NCBI GenBank assembly: GCA_965205025.1
Contig: CBDBFU010000032.1
Span: 192,001 to 256,000 of the forward strand
Source: Candidatus Poribacteria bacterium
GTDB taxonomy: Bacteria; Poribacteria; WGA-4E; WGA-3G
Length of the DNA: 64,000 nucleotides
Direction: 5' to 3'
Part shown: positions 48,039 through 60,105 of the stretch, piece by piece
Position numbering within the stretch: position 1 is the first letter of the stretch
Layout of the letters: each line of letters starts with the position of its first letter
Notes under the pieces: generated by a model
What the model saw: the letters and a program-made list of their open reading frames with translations, nothing else
What the model was told of the DNA's origin: nothing
The model's database searches: none
Translations under genes and position numbers: made by a program

Positions 48039-48794
48039 ATGCGTGGTGATTTTGAAGCATATCTGAATGATGACTTTCGTGATGATTCTGGTAATTTGAA
48101 CCTAAACACACTACTTGAATTAGAAGATGAGGCATCTATGGATGTAGCAGTCGTCATGCCTACACCTCAACCAAATCCACAGAACGATGAACTTGCTGAT
48201 GTCATTCGAGGTAACAAACGGACACTTGGATGTTCTCTTATACATCCTACCGAACCTGACCCAATTGAGAAAGTCAAATTATCAGCAGATGACTGGGGAA
48301 TGCGCGGTATTAAACTAATGCCTGCGATACACAACTACAATGTAGATGACCCAATGGTACGTCCTGTCGTTGAGGCTGCCCATGACTGTGGCTTGATTAT
48401 CTCAATTCATTCTGGACCTAATAATTGCCATCCAAATCGGATCGGAACCGTTGCAAGTTGGGTTCCAGAAACACCTGTGATAATGGATCACATGGGATTT
48501 CCAGATGACTTAGATGCTGCTATATCACAAGCAAAGGAAAAAAAGAATATCTATTTGGGGACAACTATACTCCGTTTTCATCGTCGATGGGGAACAGACC
48601 CGGATACTGTTGTTCCTACAGAAGTCAAGAATGCTGTTGACACACTTGGACCAGAACAAATAGTATTTGGTTCCAACCTACCAGAGTACAGACCAATTCA
48701 AGTTGTAAACGCAATTAAACGGTTAAATCTTGATGAGGATGCTGAAGCATTAATATTTGGTGATAATCTCGCACGTATTTATGGATTAACGTAA
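48039..48794 (+). CDS. Amidohydrolase_2 family protein
   Basis: RGIKLMP, IHSG, MDHMG, IVFGSNLP, IFGDNLARIY; AAGGAG RBS. Confidence 0.8.
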   Translation: MRGDFEAYLNDDFRDDSGNLNLNTLLELEDEASMDVAVVMPTPQPNPQNDELADVIRGNKRTLGCSLIHPTEPDPIEKVKLSADDWGMRGIKLMPAIHNYNVDDPMVRPVVEAAHDCGLIISIHSGPNNCHPNRIGTVASWVPETPVIMDHMGFPDDLDAAISQAKEKKNIYLGTTILRFHRRWGTDPDTVVPTEVKNAVDTLGPEQIVFGSNLPEYRPIQVVNAIKRLNLDEDAEALIFGDNLARIYGLT

Positions 48795-48849
48795 TCTCTA
48801 ATTTAACATAATCGTTAAGTCAATAAATATTTCTCTATTGGTAAGAGTC

Positions 48850-49920
48850 ATGAGAAGAACACCACTGTATGAAGTTCACAAATCCCTAAATGCCAAATTC
48901 ACAGAATTTAGTGGTTGGGATATGCCTGTCCAATATAGCAGCATTGTTAAGGAACATTTAGCTGTAAGAAAGTCAGTTGGGTTGTTTGATCTCTCTCATA
49001 TGGGAGAAATTGACATTAAGGGGAATGGTGCTAAGGAATTAGTGACGAAACTATGTACAAATGATGTGAGTAGGTTAGTTAATGGTCAAGCATTATATAC
49101 ACTCTTGTGTAATGAAAATGGTGGTATAGTTGATGATATTCTGGTATACAGACTTTCTGAAAAAAGTTACACATTGGTAGTGAATGCAGGAAATATTGAA
49201 AAAGACTTGGTATGGTTCAAGACGCATAATGACACAGATGCAGAAATATCTGATGATAGCAAAAATACGGTATTGATTGCAATTCAAGGTCCAAAATCTT
49301 TAGACATCTTGAATCAATATGTTCCAGGTCATGATCTATCAGAAATTTCTTTTTTTCGGTTTGTCATTGATGAAATTGCAAGAATACCAGCAGCAATCTC
49401 TCGTACGGGGTATACTGGTGAGTTAGGTTTTGAACTGTATATTAATAGTAAAAATGCTTTAGACCTATGGAACATACTTTATCCTGATGTAATAAAAGCA
49501 GGAGGTTTACCTGTTGGACTCGGTGCTCGAGACACACTAAGACTTGAAGCCGGTCTTAGGTTATATGGTATGGATATGGACGAGAATACCACGCCTTTTG
49601 ATGTAGGATTAGGAAGGTTCGTAAAGTTTAAGGATAGAGATTTTATAGGTAAGAGTATATTATTGGCTCAAAAGGAGAAGGGGAACCAACAGAAGAAGTT
49701 AGTTGGTTTTAAAATGCTTGATCGTGCTGTTGCACGTTGTGGGTATACTGTCTATAAAGATGGAAATCCTATCGGAGAAGTAACAAGTGGTGCTCCTTCT
49801 CCAAGCTTGAAATGTAATATCGGTTTTGCTTTAATTCAAAATCAAAAAGTTAAACATTTAGAAATTGAAATACGAGGAAAAATGCATCCAACCGAAATCG
49901 TCAAAATGCCTTTTATTTAA
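48850..49920 (+). CDS. gcvT: Glycine cleavage system aminomethyltransferase T
   Basis: RTPLY, FSGWDMPVQY, FDLSHMGE, SRTGYTGE.GFE, GLGARDTLRLEAG. Confidence 0.97.
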   Translation: MRRTPLYEVHKSLNAKFTEFSGWDMPVQYSSIVKEHLAVRKSVGLFDLSHMGEIDIKGNGAKELVTKLCTNDVSRLVNGQALYTLLCNENGGIVDDILVYRLSEKSYTLVVNAGNIEKDLVWFKTHNDTDAEISDDSKNTVLIAIQGPKSLDILNQYVPGHDLSEISFFRFVIDEIARIPAAISRTGYTGELGFELYINSKNALDLWNILYPDVIKAGGLPVGLGARDTLRLEAGLRLYGMDMDENTTPFDVGLGRFVKFKDRDFIGKSILLAQKEKGNQQKKLVGFKMLDRAVARCGYTVYKDGNPIGEVTSGAPSPSLKCNIGFALIQNQKVKHLEIEIRGKMHPTEIVKMPFI

Positions 49921-49987
49921 AGATGAACACTTAAGAGTAGCTCAAATATAAAGTCTGTGTGTCGTAAGTTGTTGAGGTAAAAAAGAT

Positions 49988-51982
49988 ATGGGAAATTACA
50001 TGAGGTTCTTATTCTGCTTCTTAGTTCTTAGAGTACTTCTCTCACCCTTATATGCACAGGTTTACCCACAGGTAGTTTCTGAAAAAGATGGAGAATCGGC
50101 GAAAATTGATAAAGCAGGAGAGTCTACAGTCCAATTAGTTAGAGGTGACAATTCGCCTGCAATTGGCACCGGATTCTTTGTTGCTCGGGATAAGATTGCA
50201 ACGAGTTTTCAAGTTGTCGCAAATCTTATCACTAGTCCTATTTTCGTCAAATTAGGTGATAAGGAAACAACCTTGACAGTAGAAGGCGTAGCTGCCTTTG
50301 ATATGAAGAACGACATTGTCATTCTCAAAATTACGGGGGAAGGCACGCCACTGCCCTTAGGTAACAGCGATACGCTCAAAATTCGTGAAACCGTTTATGT
50401 TGTGGGTTGCCCCAATCCCCAGGCAAAATTCGAGGTTACAGTCGGAACTGTAGAACACATACGTAGTAGTGATAAATGGATACAGACAACTATTCAAACT
50501 TATATGAAGAACAGTGGTGCACCAGTGCTAAACAGTATGGGGGAAGTCATAGGAATACACATGGGTAGTTTCTTGGACACTACTCCCGAATTCATACCCA
50601 AGAAATTGGGAGAAGACAAACCTTATGACACTTGTCCTTCAAATGTACTCAAAGCATTGTTATCGGCCTCTACATCAACCGAACCCATTCGGAAATGGAT
50701 GGTAAGAGAACGTGTTAGCGCATATATCCTCCACAAACGTGGACAAAAGGATTATTATGCTGGTTTCTATGAAAGAGCAGTTGCTGAATTTGATATATCC
50801 ATCAAACTAAACCCAAAGTATTCGGAAACATACATATATAGAGCTCAAGCAAATTTATTTCGTGAAGGAAGTAAAAATGCAGTAAAGGATTATACCAAGG
50901 CAATTACACTTAATCCAAATGACGCAGCCACGTACTTTAATCGAGGTTTTACAAAGAGTCTCCATGGTGATTTTCAAGGAGTAATAGAAGATATCAATCA
51001 AGCAATTCGTATGGAACCTGACTATTCTAATGTTTATTTATTCTACGAACTGTGCGGAAAGGCAAAATACGAACTTGGTAATTATGTAGAGGCTATAGAT
51101 AATTTTACTCAAGCAATTTATATTAAACCTAAAGAGGCAAAGAGTTACGGCTGGCGCGGTGCAGCAAAAGCTGCCCTTGATGATTATGACGGTGCTATAA
51201 AAGACTATAATCAAGCTATTAAAAATAAACCTGATGATACTAAAGGGTATGTTAGTCGTGCGCGTGCAAAGGCTGCCCTTGGTAATTATGAGGAGGCAAT
51301 CGCTGACCATGATAAAGCTATAGAACTAAATTCTGAAGATGCCTATCTCTATAGTCTTCGTGGTGAAACAAAGGCTGCCTTTAGTGAATATGAGGAGGCA
51401 ATCGCTGATCATGATAAAGCTATAAATCTCAATCCTCGGAGTCCATTTCTCCGTATATCTCTCGGTAAAACAAAAGCTGCAAGTGGTAATTATGAGGAGG
51501 CAATCGCCGAATATGATAAAGCCATAAAACTAATATCTGGTGCTCCATTACTTTTTAGCTCTCGCGGTGAGGTAAAAGCAGTAGTTGGAGATTATGAAGG
51601 CGCAATTGCTGACTATGATAAAGCCATAAATCTAATACAAGAAGGTAATTCTCTTTATTCAGGAGATGCCCATTTTTTTCATGGTCGTGCGGATGTGAAG
51701 AATGCAAGTGGTGATTACGAAGGCGCAATCATTGACTACAATCAGGCTATAAAACTAAAACCCGAATATGGTAAAGCTTACAATGACCGTGGACTTACAA
51801 AGGTTGCCTTTAAGGACTATGTTGGTGCGATTAGTGACTACGATAAAGCGATTGAACTTAATCCGAAATTTGCTAAAGCATACCACAACCGCGGGCTTGC
51901 AAAGCAAGCGTTTGGGCAACATGAAGCAGCAAAAGTTGACTTTGAAAAGGCAAATAAGATAGACCCAAATGTTGGAAAATAA
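49988..51982 (+). CDS. Secreted trypsin-like domain plus TPR-repeat protein
   Basis: Signal peptide; GTGFFV, NDIVIL, NSGAPVLN..GEVIGI; about 11 TPR repeats. Confidence 0.88.
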   Translation: MGNYMRFLFCFLVLRVLLSPLYAQVYPQVVSEKDGESAKIDKAGESTVQLVRGDNSPAIGTGFFVARDKIATSFQVVANLITSPIFVKLGDKETTLTVEGVAAFDMKNDIVILKITGEGTPLPLGNSDTLKIRETVYVVGCPNPQAKFEVTVGTVEHIRSSDKWIQTTIQTYMKNSGAPVLNSMGEVIGIHMGSFLDTTPEFIPKKLGEDKPYDTCPSNVLKALLSASTSTEPIRKWMVRERVSAYILHKRGQKDYYAGFYERAVAEFDISIKLNPKYSETYIYRAQANLFREGSKNAVKDYTKAITLNPNDAATYFNRGFTKSLHGDFQGVIEDINQAIRMEPDYSNVYLFYELCGKAKYELGNYVEAIDNFTQAIYIKPKEAKSYGWRGAAKAALDDYDGAIKDYNQAIKNKPDDTKGYVSRARAKAALGNYEEAIADHDKAIELNSEDAYLYSLRGETKAAFSEYEEAIADHDKAINLNPRSPFLRISLGKTKAASGNYEEAIAEYDKAIKLISGAPLLFSSRGEVKAVVGDYEGAIADYDKAINLIQEGNSLYSGDAHFFHGRADVKNASGDYEGAIIDYNQAIKLKPEYGKAYNDRGLTKVAFKDYVGAISDYDKAIELNPKFAKAYHNRGLAKQAFGQHEAAKVDFEKANKIDPNVGK

Positions 51983-52034
51983 GGTCTATCGTATAATTTT
52001 CACCCAACTATCAAGACACGTGAAGGAAAATTAG

Positions 52035-52421
52035 ATGATTCCATATAATTTAAAATACAATGAAAGTCATGAATGGGTAAGACAAGATGGTGAAATTGCT
52101 ACAATTGGTATCACAGACTATGCACAATCAGAAATACAAGATATAGTTTTTGTAGAATTACCTGATGTTGGTACACAAATAACACATAAAACAGAATTTG
52201 GTGTGATTGAATCTGTAAAAGCTGCATTTGACTTATATGCTCCAGTTAGTGGAGAAGTAATTGAAGTAAATGAATCTCTCCTTGATGCCCCAGAACAGGT
52301 AAACGAATCTCCCTATGATGAAGGTTGGTTTCTGAAAATTAAGATGACCGATCAAAGTGAACTTGATGCACTTCTTGATGCAGACGGTTACCAAGCACAT
52401 ATTGAGGGGGACGATGCCTAA
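52035..52421 (+). CDS. gcvH: Glycine cleavage system H protein
   Basis: HEWV, GITDYAQ, IESVKA (lipoyl lysine), PY.EGW. Confidence 0.97.
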   Translation: MIPYNLKYNESHEWVRQDGEIATIGITDYAQSEIQDIVFVELPDVGTQITHKTEFGVIESVKAAFDLYAPVSGEVIEVNESLLDAPEQVNESPYDEGWFLKIKMTDQSELDALLDADGYQAHIEGDDA

Positions 52422-55293
52422 TACAGGAACCTTTGATGGCTCTTTTTCCCAACGACACGTTGGTCCACGTCCTGAAGATATACTGCAAATGTTGAAGACA
52501 ATAGGTTATTCTTCAATGAATGCTTTTATTGAGGACGTTGTGCCATCAGATATCCGTACTACATCTCCATTAGAATTAGTTGTCGACAAGAGTAAAGATA
52601 CTTTCTCACTTGGACTATCTGAATTTGAAGCTATTGATGTCTTAAACCAACTTGCTTCCCAAAACAAGGTTTTCCGTTCCTACATTGGTATGGGATATTA
52701 CAACTGTTTTGTTCCACCTGTCATACAAAGGAATATCTTGGAAAATCCTGGATGGTATACCCAATATACACCGTATCAAGCAGAAATATCGCAGGGTCGA
52801 TTAGAAGCATTACTAAATTTCCAGACCATGGTTATAGATCTAACAGGTCTGCCCATTGCCAATGCATCTTTATTGGATGAAGCAACAGCTGCGGCTGAAG
52901 CCATGGGAATGTGCTATGCTAATGTACCTAAAGATATTAGTCGTAGTTTTTTCGTATCAGATACATGCCATCCCCAGACAATTGCTGTTCTTCAGACACG
53001 CGCAGAACCCCTCGGTATTGAACTGGAAATCGGTGATCATCGAGATGTTACTTTTGATAGACCTATCTTAGGAGCAATAGTACAATATCCTGCTACTGAT
53101 GGTGCAATATATAATTACAGTCAATTTTCAGAACAGGTACAGGCAGCTGGAGGTCTATTTGTCACTGCTTCAGATTTATTAGCACTTGTTCTATTAAAAC
53201 CACCCGGTGAATTCGGTGCGGATATTGTTATTGGTAATTCCCAACGGTTCGGTGTTCCACTCGGTTATGGTGGTCCCCATGCGGCTTTTCTATCAACACA
53301 CGAAGAACTAAAACGCAGTATTCCAGGACGGATTGCGGGTGTCTCACAAGATGCAAATGGAGAACCTGCAATCAGATTAGCACTTCAGACAAGAGAACAA
53401 CACATCCGACGCGAAAAAGCTACAAGTAATATATGTACTGCACAAGTACTACTGGCAGTCATGGCGGGAATGTATGCTGTATATCACGGTCCTGATGGAC
53501 TTAGACAAATTGCGGTGCGAGTCCAGAATAATACCTGTATGTTACGGAACGAACTTGAGAAGAAGGGTTATCACACTGGAGATGAACCATGTTTTGATAC
53601 ACTTTGTGTAAAGGTAGGAATAAAAGAAACTGAAGAATTACTCAACAATGCTAATGAGAATAAGATTAATCTACGGTCGATTGATGCTGAGCATGTAGGG
53701 ATATCTATAGATGAAACAACTTCTCAATCTGATATTAAGGATTTAATAAATCTTTTTCCAGAAAGAAAGAATGAGAAAAGCATAGAAAAATCTATTGAAA
53801 TTCCTACGGAATTACAACGCAAGTCACCCTATTTAACCCATCCTGTATTTAATACCTATCACTCTGAAACCGAAATGTTAAGATACATCAATAGGCTTCA
53901 AGGTAAAGATCTCTCTCTTGTAAGTGCTATGATACCCCTCGGTTCCTGTACAATGAAGTTGAACGCAACTACAGAGATGGTCCCTGTTACATATAAGGAG
54001 TTTGGAGGATTGCATCCTTTTGTTCCCAGTGAACAAGCTCAAGGTTATCATATTTTGTTTGAACAATTGGAATCATGGTTAGCAGAGATTACTGGCTATG
54101 ATGCAATTTCACTACAACCAAATGCTGGATCTCAAGGGGAATATGCTGGATTGTTGGTTATACGAAAATACCATCAAAGCAGAGGAGATGAAAATAGAGA
54201 TGTATGTTTAATTCCAACATCCGCACATGGAACTAATCCTGCAAGTGCTGTCATGGCAGGAATGAAGGTGACCGTTGTAGCCTGTGATACAGAAGGTAAT
54301 ATAGATATTGTAGATTTACGGGAGAAAGTCGAAGCTAATAAGGACACACTGGCGGCTGCAATGGTAACATATCCTTCCACACATGGGGTATTTGAAGAAG
54401 AAATCCGTGAGATATGTAATATCGTTCATCATAATGGTGGTCAGGTATATATGGATGGTGCTAATCTAAACGCACTTGTGGGTCTTAGTCGTCCGGCTGA
54501 CCTTGGAATGGATGTCTGTCATCTGAATTTACACAAAACATTCTGTATCCCACATGGTGGTGGTGGACCAGGGATGGGACCAATTGGTGTAGCTGAACAT
54601 CTAACTGATTTCTTACCCAATCACCCAATTGTTGCTGTTGGTGGAGCAAATGGTATTGGACCTGTATCTGCTGCACCTTGGGGCAGCCCGGGTATACTCC
54701 CTATTTCTTGGACATATATTGCTATGATGGGGGCAAAAGGATTGAAAAATGCTACTGAAGTTGCAATTCTAAATGCAAATTATATTGCAAAACAACTCGA
54801 AGCACATTACAAAGTACTTTATACAGGTAAAAACGGTTTAGTCGCACATGAATGTATAATTGATCTCCGTGAATTTAAAAATACTGGTGGTGTAGAGGTT
54901 ACCGATATTGCCAAACGTTTGATGGATTATGGTTTTCATGCCCCAACGGTTTCATGGCCAGTTCTCGGAACTATGATGATAGAACCAACTGAAAGTGAAT
55001 CAAAGGCAGAACTTGACAGGTTCTGTTCTGCTATGATCTCTATACGGGAAGAAATAGCCGAAATTGAAAGTGGAGATGCACCGAAAGATGATAATGTATT
55101 GAAAAACGCACCTCATACAGTTGTATCTGTCACGAGAACTGAGTGGAAACACTCTTATACACGGGAAAAAGCAGCATTCCCACAACCTTGGGTCCGAGAA
55201 TCGAAATTTTGGCCGCCTGTCGCCCGAATTAATGAAGTACATGGAGATAGAAATCTGATATGTTCATGTCCACCACTTACTGAATATACATAA
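52414..55293 (+). CDS. gcvP: Glycine dehydrogenase (decarboxylating), single-chain P protein
   Basis: [43 protein letters not shown]; start ATG 52414 overlapping the end of gcvH. Confidence 0.97.
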   Translation: MPNTGTFDGSFSQRHVGPRPEDILQMLKTIGYSSMNAFIEDVVPSDIRTTSPLELVVDKSKDTFSLGLSEFEAIDVLNQLASQNKVFRSYIGMGYYNCFVPPVIQRNILENPGWYTQYTPYQAEISQGRLEALLNFQTMVIDLTGLPIANASLLDEATAAAEAMGMCYANVPKDISRSFFVSDTCHPQTIAVLQTRAEPLGIELEIGDHRDVTFDRPILGAIVQYPATDGAIYNYSQFSEQVQAAGGLFVTASDLLALVLLKPPGEFGADIVIGNSQRFGVPLGYGGPHAAFLSTHEELKRSIPGRIAGVSQDANGEPAIRLALQTREQHIRREKATSNICTAQVLLAVMAGMYAVYHGPDGLRQIAVRVQNNTCMLRNELEKKGYHTGDEPCFDTLCVKVGIKETEELLNNANENKINLRSIDAEHVGISIDETTSQSDIKDLINLFPERKNEKSIEKSIEIPTELQRKSPYLTHPVFNTYHSETEMLRYINRLQGKDLSLVSAMIPLGSCTMKLNATTEMVPVTYKEFGGLHPFVPSEQAQGYHILFEQLESWLAEITGYDAISLQPNAGSQGEYAGLLVIRKYHQSRGDENRDVCLIPTSAHGTNPASAVMAGMKVTVVACDTEGNIDIVDLREKVEANKDTLAAAMVTYPSTHGVFEEEIREICNIVHHNGGQVYMDGANLNALVGLSRPADLGMDVCHLNLHKTFCIPHGGGGPGMGPIGVAEHLTDFLPNHPIVAVGGANGIGPVSAAPWGSPGILPISWTYIAMMGAKGLKNATEVAILNANYIAKQLEAHYKVLYTGKNGLVAHECIIDLREFKNTGGVEVTDIAKRLMDYGFHAPTVSWPVLGTMMIEPTESESKAELDRFCSAMISIREEIAEIESGDAPKDDNVLKNAPHTVVSVTRTEWKHSYTREKAAFPQPWVRESKFWPPVARINEVHGDRNLICSCPPLTEYT

Positions 55294-55402
55294 CAAAAAT
55301 TAAGCACTTACCTTAATAGATCACAGTCGAATTTCTGATTTGAATATTATATAGTTTTATATTTCTAAAACACTCAAGACAAATAACTGAAAACTATCTT
55401 AA

Positions 55403-56776
55403 ATGAAAGCAATAATTATTGGGGCAGGTGAAGTTGGGTTTCATACTGCAAAATTACTTACGATAGATAATTACGATGTCGTCCTGATTGATGAATCTGA
55501 GGAAGCATGTCAACGAGTGAATGAACAATTAGATATGCAGACAATATGCGGTCCAGGAGCTTCTCCGATTCTTCTAAATAAAGCTGGAATTACTGATTCT
55601 GAATTACTCATTGCCGTTACAAATAATGATGAAATAAATATGCTCGCGTGTCAAATGGCAGACAGATATAAAGTTGAAACAAAAATCGCACGCGTATCAA
55701 ATCCACATTACTTTTCTGATGAGAGTGAATTAAAAGCAGAAGAATTTGGTATTGATCTACTTGTGAATCCAGAGGAATTGTGTGTTGAAGAATTTACAAG
55801 ACTCCTAAGAACACCTGATGCACGAGAGATTGTTGAATTTGAAGAGGGTAGAATTCAGGTCGCCGCCCTAAGAATAAAACAGTCAAATCCATTTATTGGA
55901 AAATCACTCGCAGAATTGGATAAGGATGGGGTTATATCTGACATTAGATTCGCTGCGATCAAGCGAGGTATTGAGAATCATGTGATTATTCCAGATGGTG
56001 ATGATGTATTCGAACAAGGTGATGAAGTTTTTGTTATCGGTAGTGCATTGGCTATTGAACAGTTGTTTAGATTGTTCGGGACAATCTTCAATCCCTATCT
56101 TGAGAGAGTAATCATTGTTGGTGCAAGTGCAATTGGTGTTGAACTCGCAAGAACGCTTGAAGAAAATGGAACTAATGTGAAACTTATTGAACCAGATGAA
56201 AAATTAGCTGATCGTGCATCACAAACTTTAAAAAAGTCAACAGTATTACTCGGAGATTACCTACAATTCCATCTATTAGAAGAAGCTGGCGTTGAAGAAG
56301 TTGATGGGTTTGTTTCTGTTACCGGCGATGATGAAAATGATATTATGGCATGTATGACAGCAAAAGAACATGGTGCAAAGCGCGTACTCACACTAATTCA
56401 ACAACCACGGTATCTGCCATTACTTGCTCGAATTCAACGTATTGATGGTGCTGTTAGTAGACACCTGACTGTCGTTAGTAATCTTCTTAAGTTGATACGA
56501 AGAGGGGATATAATCTCTGTTGCCTCACTCCATGAAATTGATGCTGAAGTCATTGAGATTGTTGCTGGTGTAAATGCAAAAATTGCACACAAAGAACTCA
56601 GTTCTATGAAACAAAAATTTCCACAAAATGCTTTCATTGGGGCAATCCTTCGACGAGAGAAAATCATCATACCAAATGGTGGAAGTGTAATTCAACCTTC
56701 TGATCGTGTTATTGTTTTCAGCATGCCCGATGCAATACCTGATGTGGAAGATATGTTTGCTGAACGTAGGGTTTAA
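55403..56776 (+). CDS. trkA: Trk potassium uptake NAD-binding subunit
   Basis: IIGAGEVG; two RCK-N/RCK-C pairs. Confidence 0.95.
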   Translation: MKAIIIGAGEVGFHTAKLLTIDNYDVVLIDESEEACQRVNEQLDMQTICGPGASPILLNKAGITDSELLIAVTNNDEINMLACQMADRYKVETKIARVSNPHYFSDESELKAEEFGIDLLVNPEELCVEEFTRLLRTPDAREIVEFEEGRIQVAALRIKQSNPFIGKSLAELDKDGVISDIRFAAIKRGIENHVIIPDGDDVFEQGDEVFVIGSALAIEQLFRLFGTIFNPYLERVIIVGASAIGVELARTLEENGTNVKLIEPDEKLADRASQTLKKSTVLLGDYLQFHLLEEAGVEEVDGFVSVTGDDENDIMACMTAKEHGAKRVLTLIQQPRYLPLLARIQRIDGAVSRHLTVVSNLLKLIRRGDIISVASLHEIDAEVIEIVAGVNAKIAHKELSSMKQKFPQNAFIGAILRREKIIIPNGGSVIQPSDRVIVFSMPDAIPDVEDMFAERRV

Positions 56777-56848
56777 CATATCCATTAAAATGCTGGTGTT
56801 GTACTCATACCTTTCCATTCTAAATTTATCTGATACCATAAAATATCT

Positions 56849-58362
56849 ATGAGTAAAAAGCTCATCTTCCATTCACTTGGAAACCTGTTAATTTGCCTTG
56901 CTGGTACGATGCTTATCCCTCTTGGTATAGGCATATATTATTTTACAAATCTTAATGAACCAAAAGAGGATATGGTTGCCTTTATTTATACCACTATCAT
57001 TACACTCTGTGTTGGGTTAATCCTCCGTTTTACAATAAAGTCAAAAGGACAGGAGCTTGGTATCCGAGAGGGATTTGGGATTGTTGCTTTAGGATGGGTG
57101 GTAGTCGCACTTTTTGGTTCATTTCCATATCTATTTGCAGGTGTATTTTCATCTGAGAATCGTACACCTTTATCAGAATTTGCATTCTGTTATTTTGAAT
57201 CAATGTCCGGCTTTTCTACTACCGGGGCAACAGTTCTTACAGAAAATTGAACATCTATCCCATGCAATACTATTTTGGAGAAGCTTCAGCCACTGGCTTG
57301 GAGGAATGGGAATTGTTGTACTCGCAGTCGCTATCCTTCCAATGCTCGGTGTTGGTGGCATGCAGCTTTTTCGTGCAGAAGCACCAGGACCACAAACAGA
57401 CCGATTAACTCCACGTATTACCCAAACCGCTAAATTACTTTGGGGAGTCTATATACTTCTATCCTTGTTAGAAATTATACTACTCTGGTTAGGAGGAATG
57501 ACACTCTTTGATTCACTTTGCCATACCTTCGGAACTATGGCAACTGGGGGATTCTCAACAAAAAACACAAGTATTTCTCATTACAATAGTATATATATTG
57601 AGACTGTTATAATAGTCTTTATGTTCATAGCAGGGACAAATTTCGCATTACATTACCGAGCACTTCGTGGAAATGTTATTAGTTATTTTAAAGACACAGA
57701 ATTTCGTTTCTATTGTTGTGTTATCATAATAAGTATTACTCTTGTAACTTGGAACATTGTTAAGTTTAAGAATAATGATGGATCAATTCCATTTGATTCA
57801 GTTTGGGATGCACTACGTTATGCCTCTTTTCAAGTTCTATCAATTACAACTACCACCCCGGATATGGTACTGCAGATTTTGAAATGTGGCCATATTTATC
57901 TCAATTTATTCTAATTACCTTAATGTTCTATGGTGGTTGTGCTGGTTCAACTGGTGGAGGGATGAAACAACTTCGTTTTCTACTTCTGATTAAACAGAGT
58001 GGAGCAGAAATTAAACGTCTCATTTTTCCACATGCTGTCCTTCCTGTACGAGTAAATGAAAGAATCGTTCCATCTGAAGTACTCACACAATGTGTTAGGT
58101 TTCTTCTTCTTTTTCATCGGTATATTTGCAAATTGTCACCTGCATTATGTCTACATTAGGATTAGATTTGTTAACAGCAGCAAGTTGTACTATTGCAACT
58201 ATGGGAAACATAGGTCCCGGACTTGGTGATGTCGGTCCTATAGATAATTATGCACATATTGCAACTGCAGGAAAGTTTATACTTACATTCTGTATGCTAT
58301 TAGGAAGATTGGAAATTTATACTGTTTTAATCCTTTTTTCACCAAGTTTCTGGAAAAAGTAA
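56849..58362 (+). CDS. trkH: Trk potassium uptake membrane subunit (several frameshifts, probably sequencing errors)
   Basis: FESMSGFSTTGA, WLGGMG, TGGFS, GGCAGSTGGGMK, GNIGPG, MLLGRLE spread over four ORF fragments. Confidence 0.9.
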
Positions 58363-58363
58363 T

Positions 58364-59004
58364 ATGAATACTGAAAAATATCGTAGAGAATATAATCCAC
58401 ATGGTGGATTAACTGAAGATAAAGTAGCTAAAGATCCATTTGAACAATTCGAACAGTGGTTTAATGATGCCACAGATGCTGGAATTGATTTGCCTGATGC
58501 TATGACGCTAGCTACTGCAACAGTAGATGGAATTCCATCTGCCCGTATGGTTGTACTTCGCGGATTTGACAACGACGGTTTCTATTTCTATACTGACTAT
58601 GACAGTCAGAAAGGTAAAGAGTTGTCTGAAAATCCACATGCTGCCACTGTCTTTTATTGGCGGGGAATTGGACCGTCAAGTACGGATTACTGGTATGGTT
58701 GAAAAAATGTCTACTACTGAGTCTGATGCCTATTTTGCAAGTCGTCCTACCAGCAGTCAACTTGCAGTATGGACAGAACGACAAAGCAATACAGATTTCT
58801 GGACGTGAACACCTTATTGAGAATTATAAGAGGGTAGAACAGAATTATACAGATAAAGATATACCTAGACCACCACACTGGGGAGGTTATAGACTTATAC
58901 CTGACATGTTTGAATTTTGGCAGGGATCACCAAGTCGCTTACATGATCGGTTATGTTATAGATTCGTAGAAGATAATTGGATAATCACTCGAATTTCTCC
59001 GTAA
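58364..59004 (+). CDS. pdxH: Pyridoxamine 5'-phosphate oxidase (frameshifted)
   Basis: AMTLAT...PSARMV, RQVRI.G, YFASRP, PPHWGGY, EFWQG...RLHDR across three frames. Confidence 0.92.
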
Positions 59005-59052
59005 CAGTATCTTAATATAAATTGTGATTATTGAATATTTTCTGAAAAATAC

Positions 59053-59080
59053 TTGACACTTTAATAAAAATATGTAAAAT
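59053..59080 (+). promoter_or_regulatory. Putative sigma70 promoter of the second nuoABC
   Basis: TTGACA-16 bp-TAAAAT. Confidence 0.5.
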
Positions 59081-59224
59081 AATTGAGTAGTGTCTAATTT
59101 TCATTGAAGATAAAACACAAAACGATATTTACTATTGCAGAAGCCAGAAATTTGAGTAGAATATAAGTCTTATCTAAAGTAATATATCTGTGTGCTGCTG
59201 GAGGCTTAGAATAGATATAAGTTT

Positions 59225-59593
59225 ATGCTACAAGATTATCTTCCTATAGTATTTTTAGGGATATTTGCTGTCCTATTTGCAGCTATAAATCTCGGACTTA
59301 CCCATCTTCTTGGACCAAAACGCCCCAACCGTGTAAAACTTTCAGTTTATGAATCTGGAGTACAACCGATAGGTGATGCAAGACAAAGATTCACTATTCG
59401 GTTTGACCTTATTGCTATGCTCTTTATCATCTTTGATATTGAGGTAGTCTTTCTATATCCATGGGCAGTTATTTTTAAAAAGATGTCTCAATCTGATGGA
59501 ATGTTTATATTAATTGAGATGCTGGTGTTTATCGGTATTCTACTTCTGGGTTACATTTACGCTTGGAAAAAAGGAGGCTTGACATGGGATTAG
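59225..59593 (+). CDS. nuoA: NADH-quinone oxidoreductase subunit A (second copy)
   Basis: [30 protein letters not shown]. Confidence 0.95.
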   Translation: MLQDYLPIVFLGIFAVLFAAINLGLTHLLGPKRPNRVKLSVYESGVQPIGDARQRFTIRFDLIAMLFIIFDIEVVFLYPWAVIFKKMSQSDGMFILIEMLVFIGILLLGYIYAWKKGGLTWD

Positions 59594-60105
59594 CCAATAA
59601 CAATATACAAAGTGGAGCAAGCACTGAACAATCTGATGGTAATATCATCACGACAACCATTGATAAGGTTGTCAATTGGGGACGGAAGAATTCATTGTGG
59701 CCAATGCCTTTTGGCACGGCTTGTTGTGCAATTGAGATGATGGCTACTTTGGCTTCCAAATATGATCTTTCTCGTTTTGGATCTGAGGCAATTCGTTTCT
59801 CACCTCGACAATCAGATCTACTCATCGTTTCTGGACGAATTTCTATAAAAATGATGCCGGTACTCAAACGTATCTATGATCAAATGCCGGACCCAAAATG
59901 GGTTATTTCTATGGGGGCATGTGCATCTTGCGGAGGAGTATTTGATACCTATACATTAATTCAAGGGGTTGACCAATTCCTACCTGTTGATGTTTATATT
60001 CCCGGATGTCCACCACGACCAGAAGATTTAATTGATGCAGTAATGCAAGTTCAACGACAAATACAAAAAGGCGAATTACCCAAAGGTGTTGAGGCTGCGC
60101 CATGA
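59584..60105 (+). CDS. nuoB: NADH-quinone oxidoreductase subunit B (second copy)
   Basis: [32 protein letters not shown]; GGAGG then ATG 59584. Confidence 0.95.
   Translation: MGLANNNIQSGASTEQSDGNIITTTIDKVVNWGRKNSLWPMPFGTACCAIEMMATLASKYDLSRFGSEAIRFSPRQSDLLIVSGRISIKMMPVLKRIYDQMPDPKWVISMGACASCGGVFDTYTLIQGVDQFLPVDVYIPGCPPRPEDLIDAVMQVQRQIQKGELPKGVEAAP

Noticed and set aside
48795-48849. Glycine riboswitch upstream of gcvT
   Set aside because: The spacer is only about 55 bp, AT-rich, and lacks the aptamer motifs.
51269-51530. Diversity-generating retroelement template/variable repeats
   Set aside because: The repeats are in-frame TPR units, differences are not adenine-specific, and there is no reverse transcriptase in the window.
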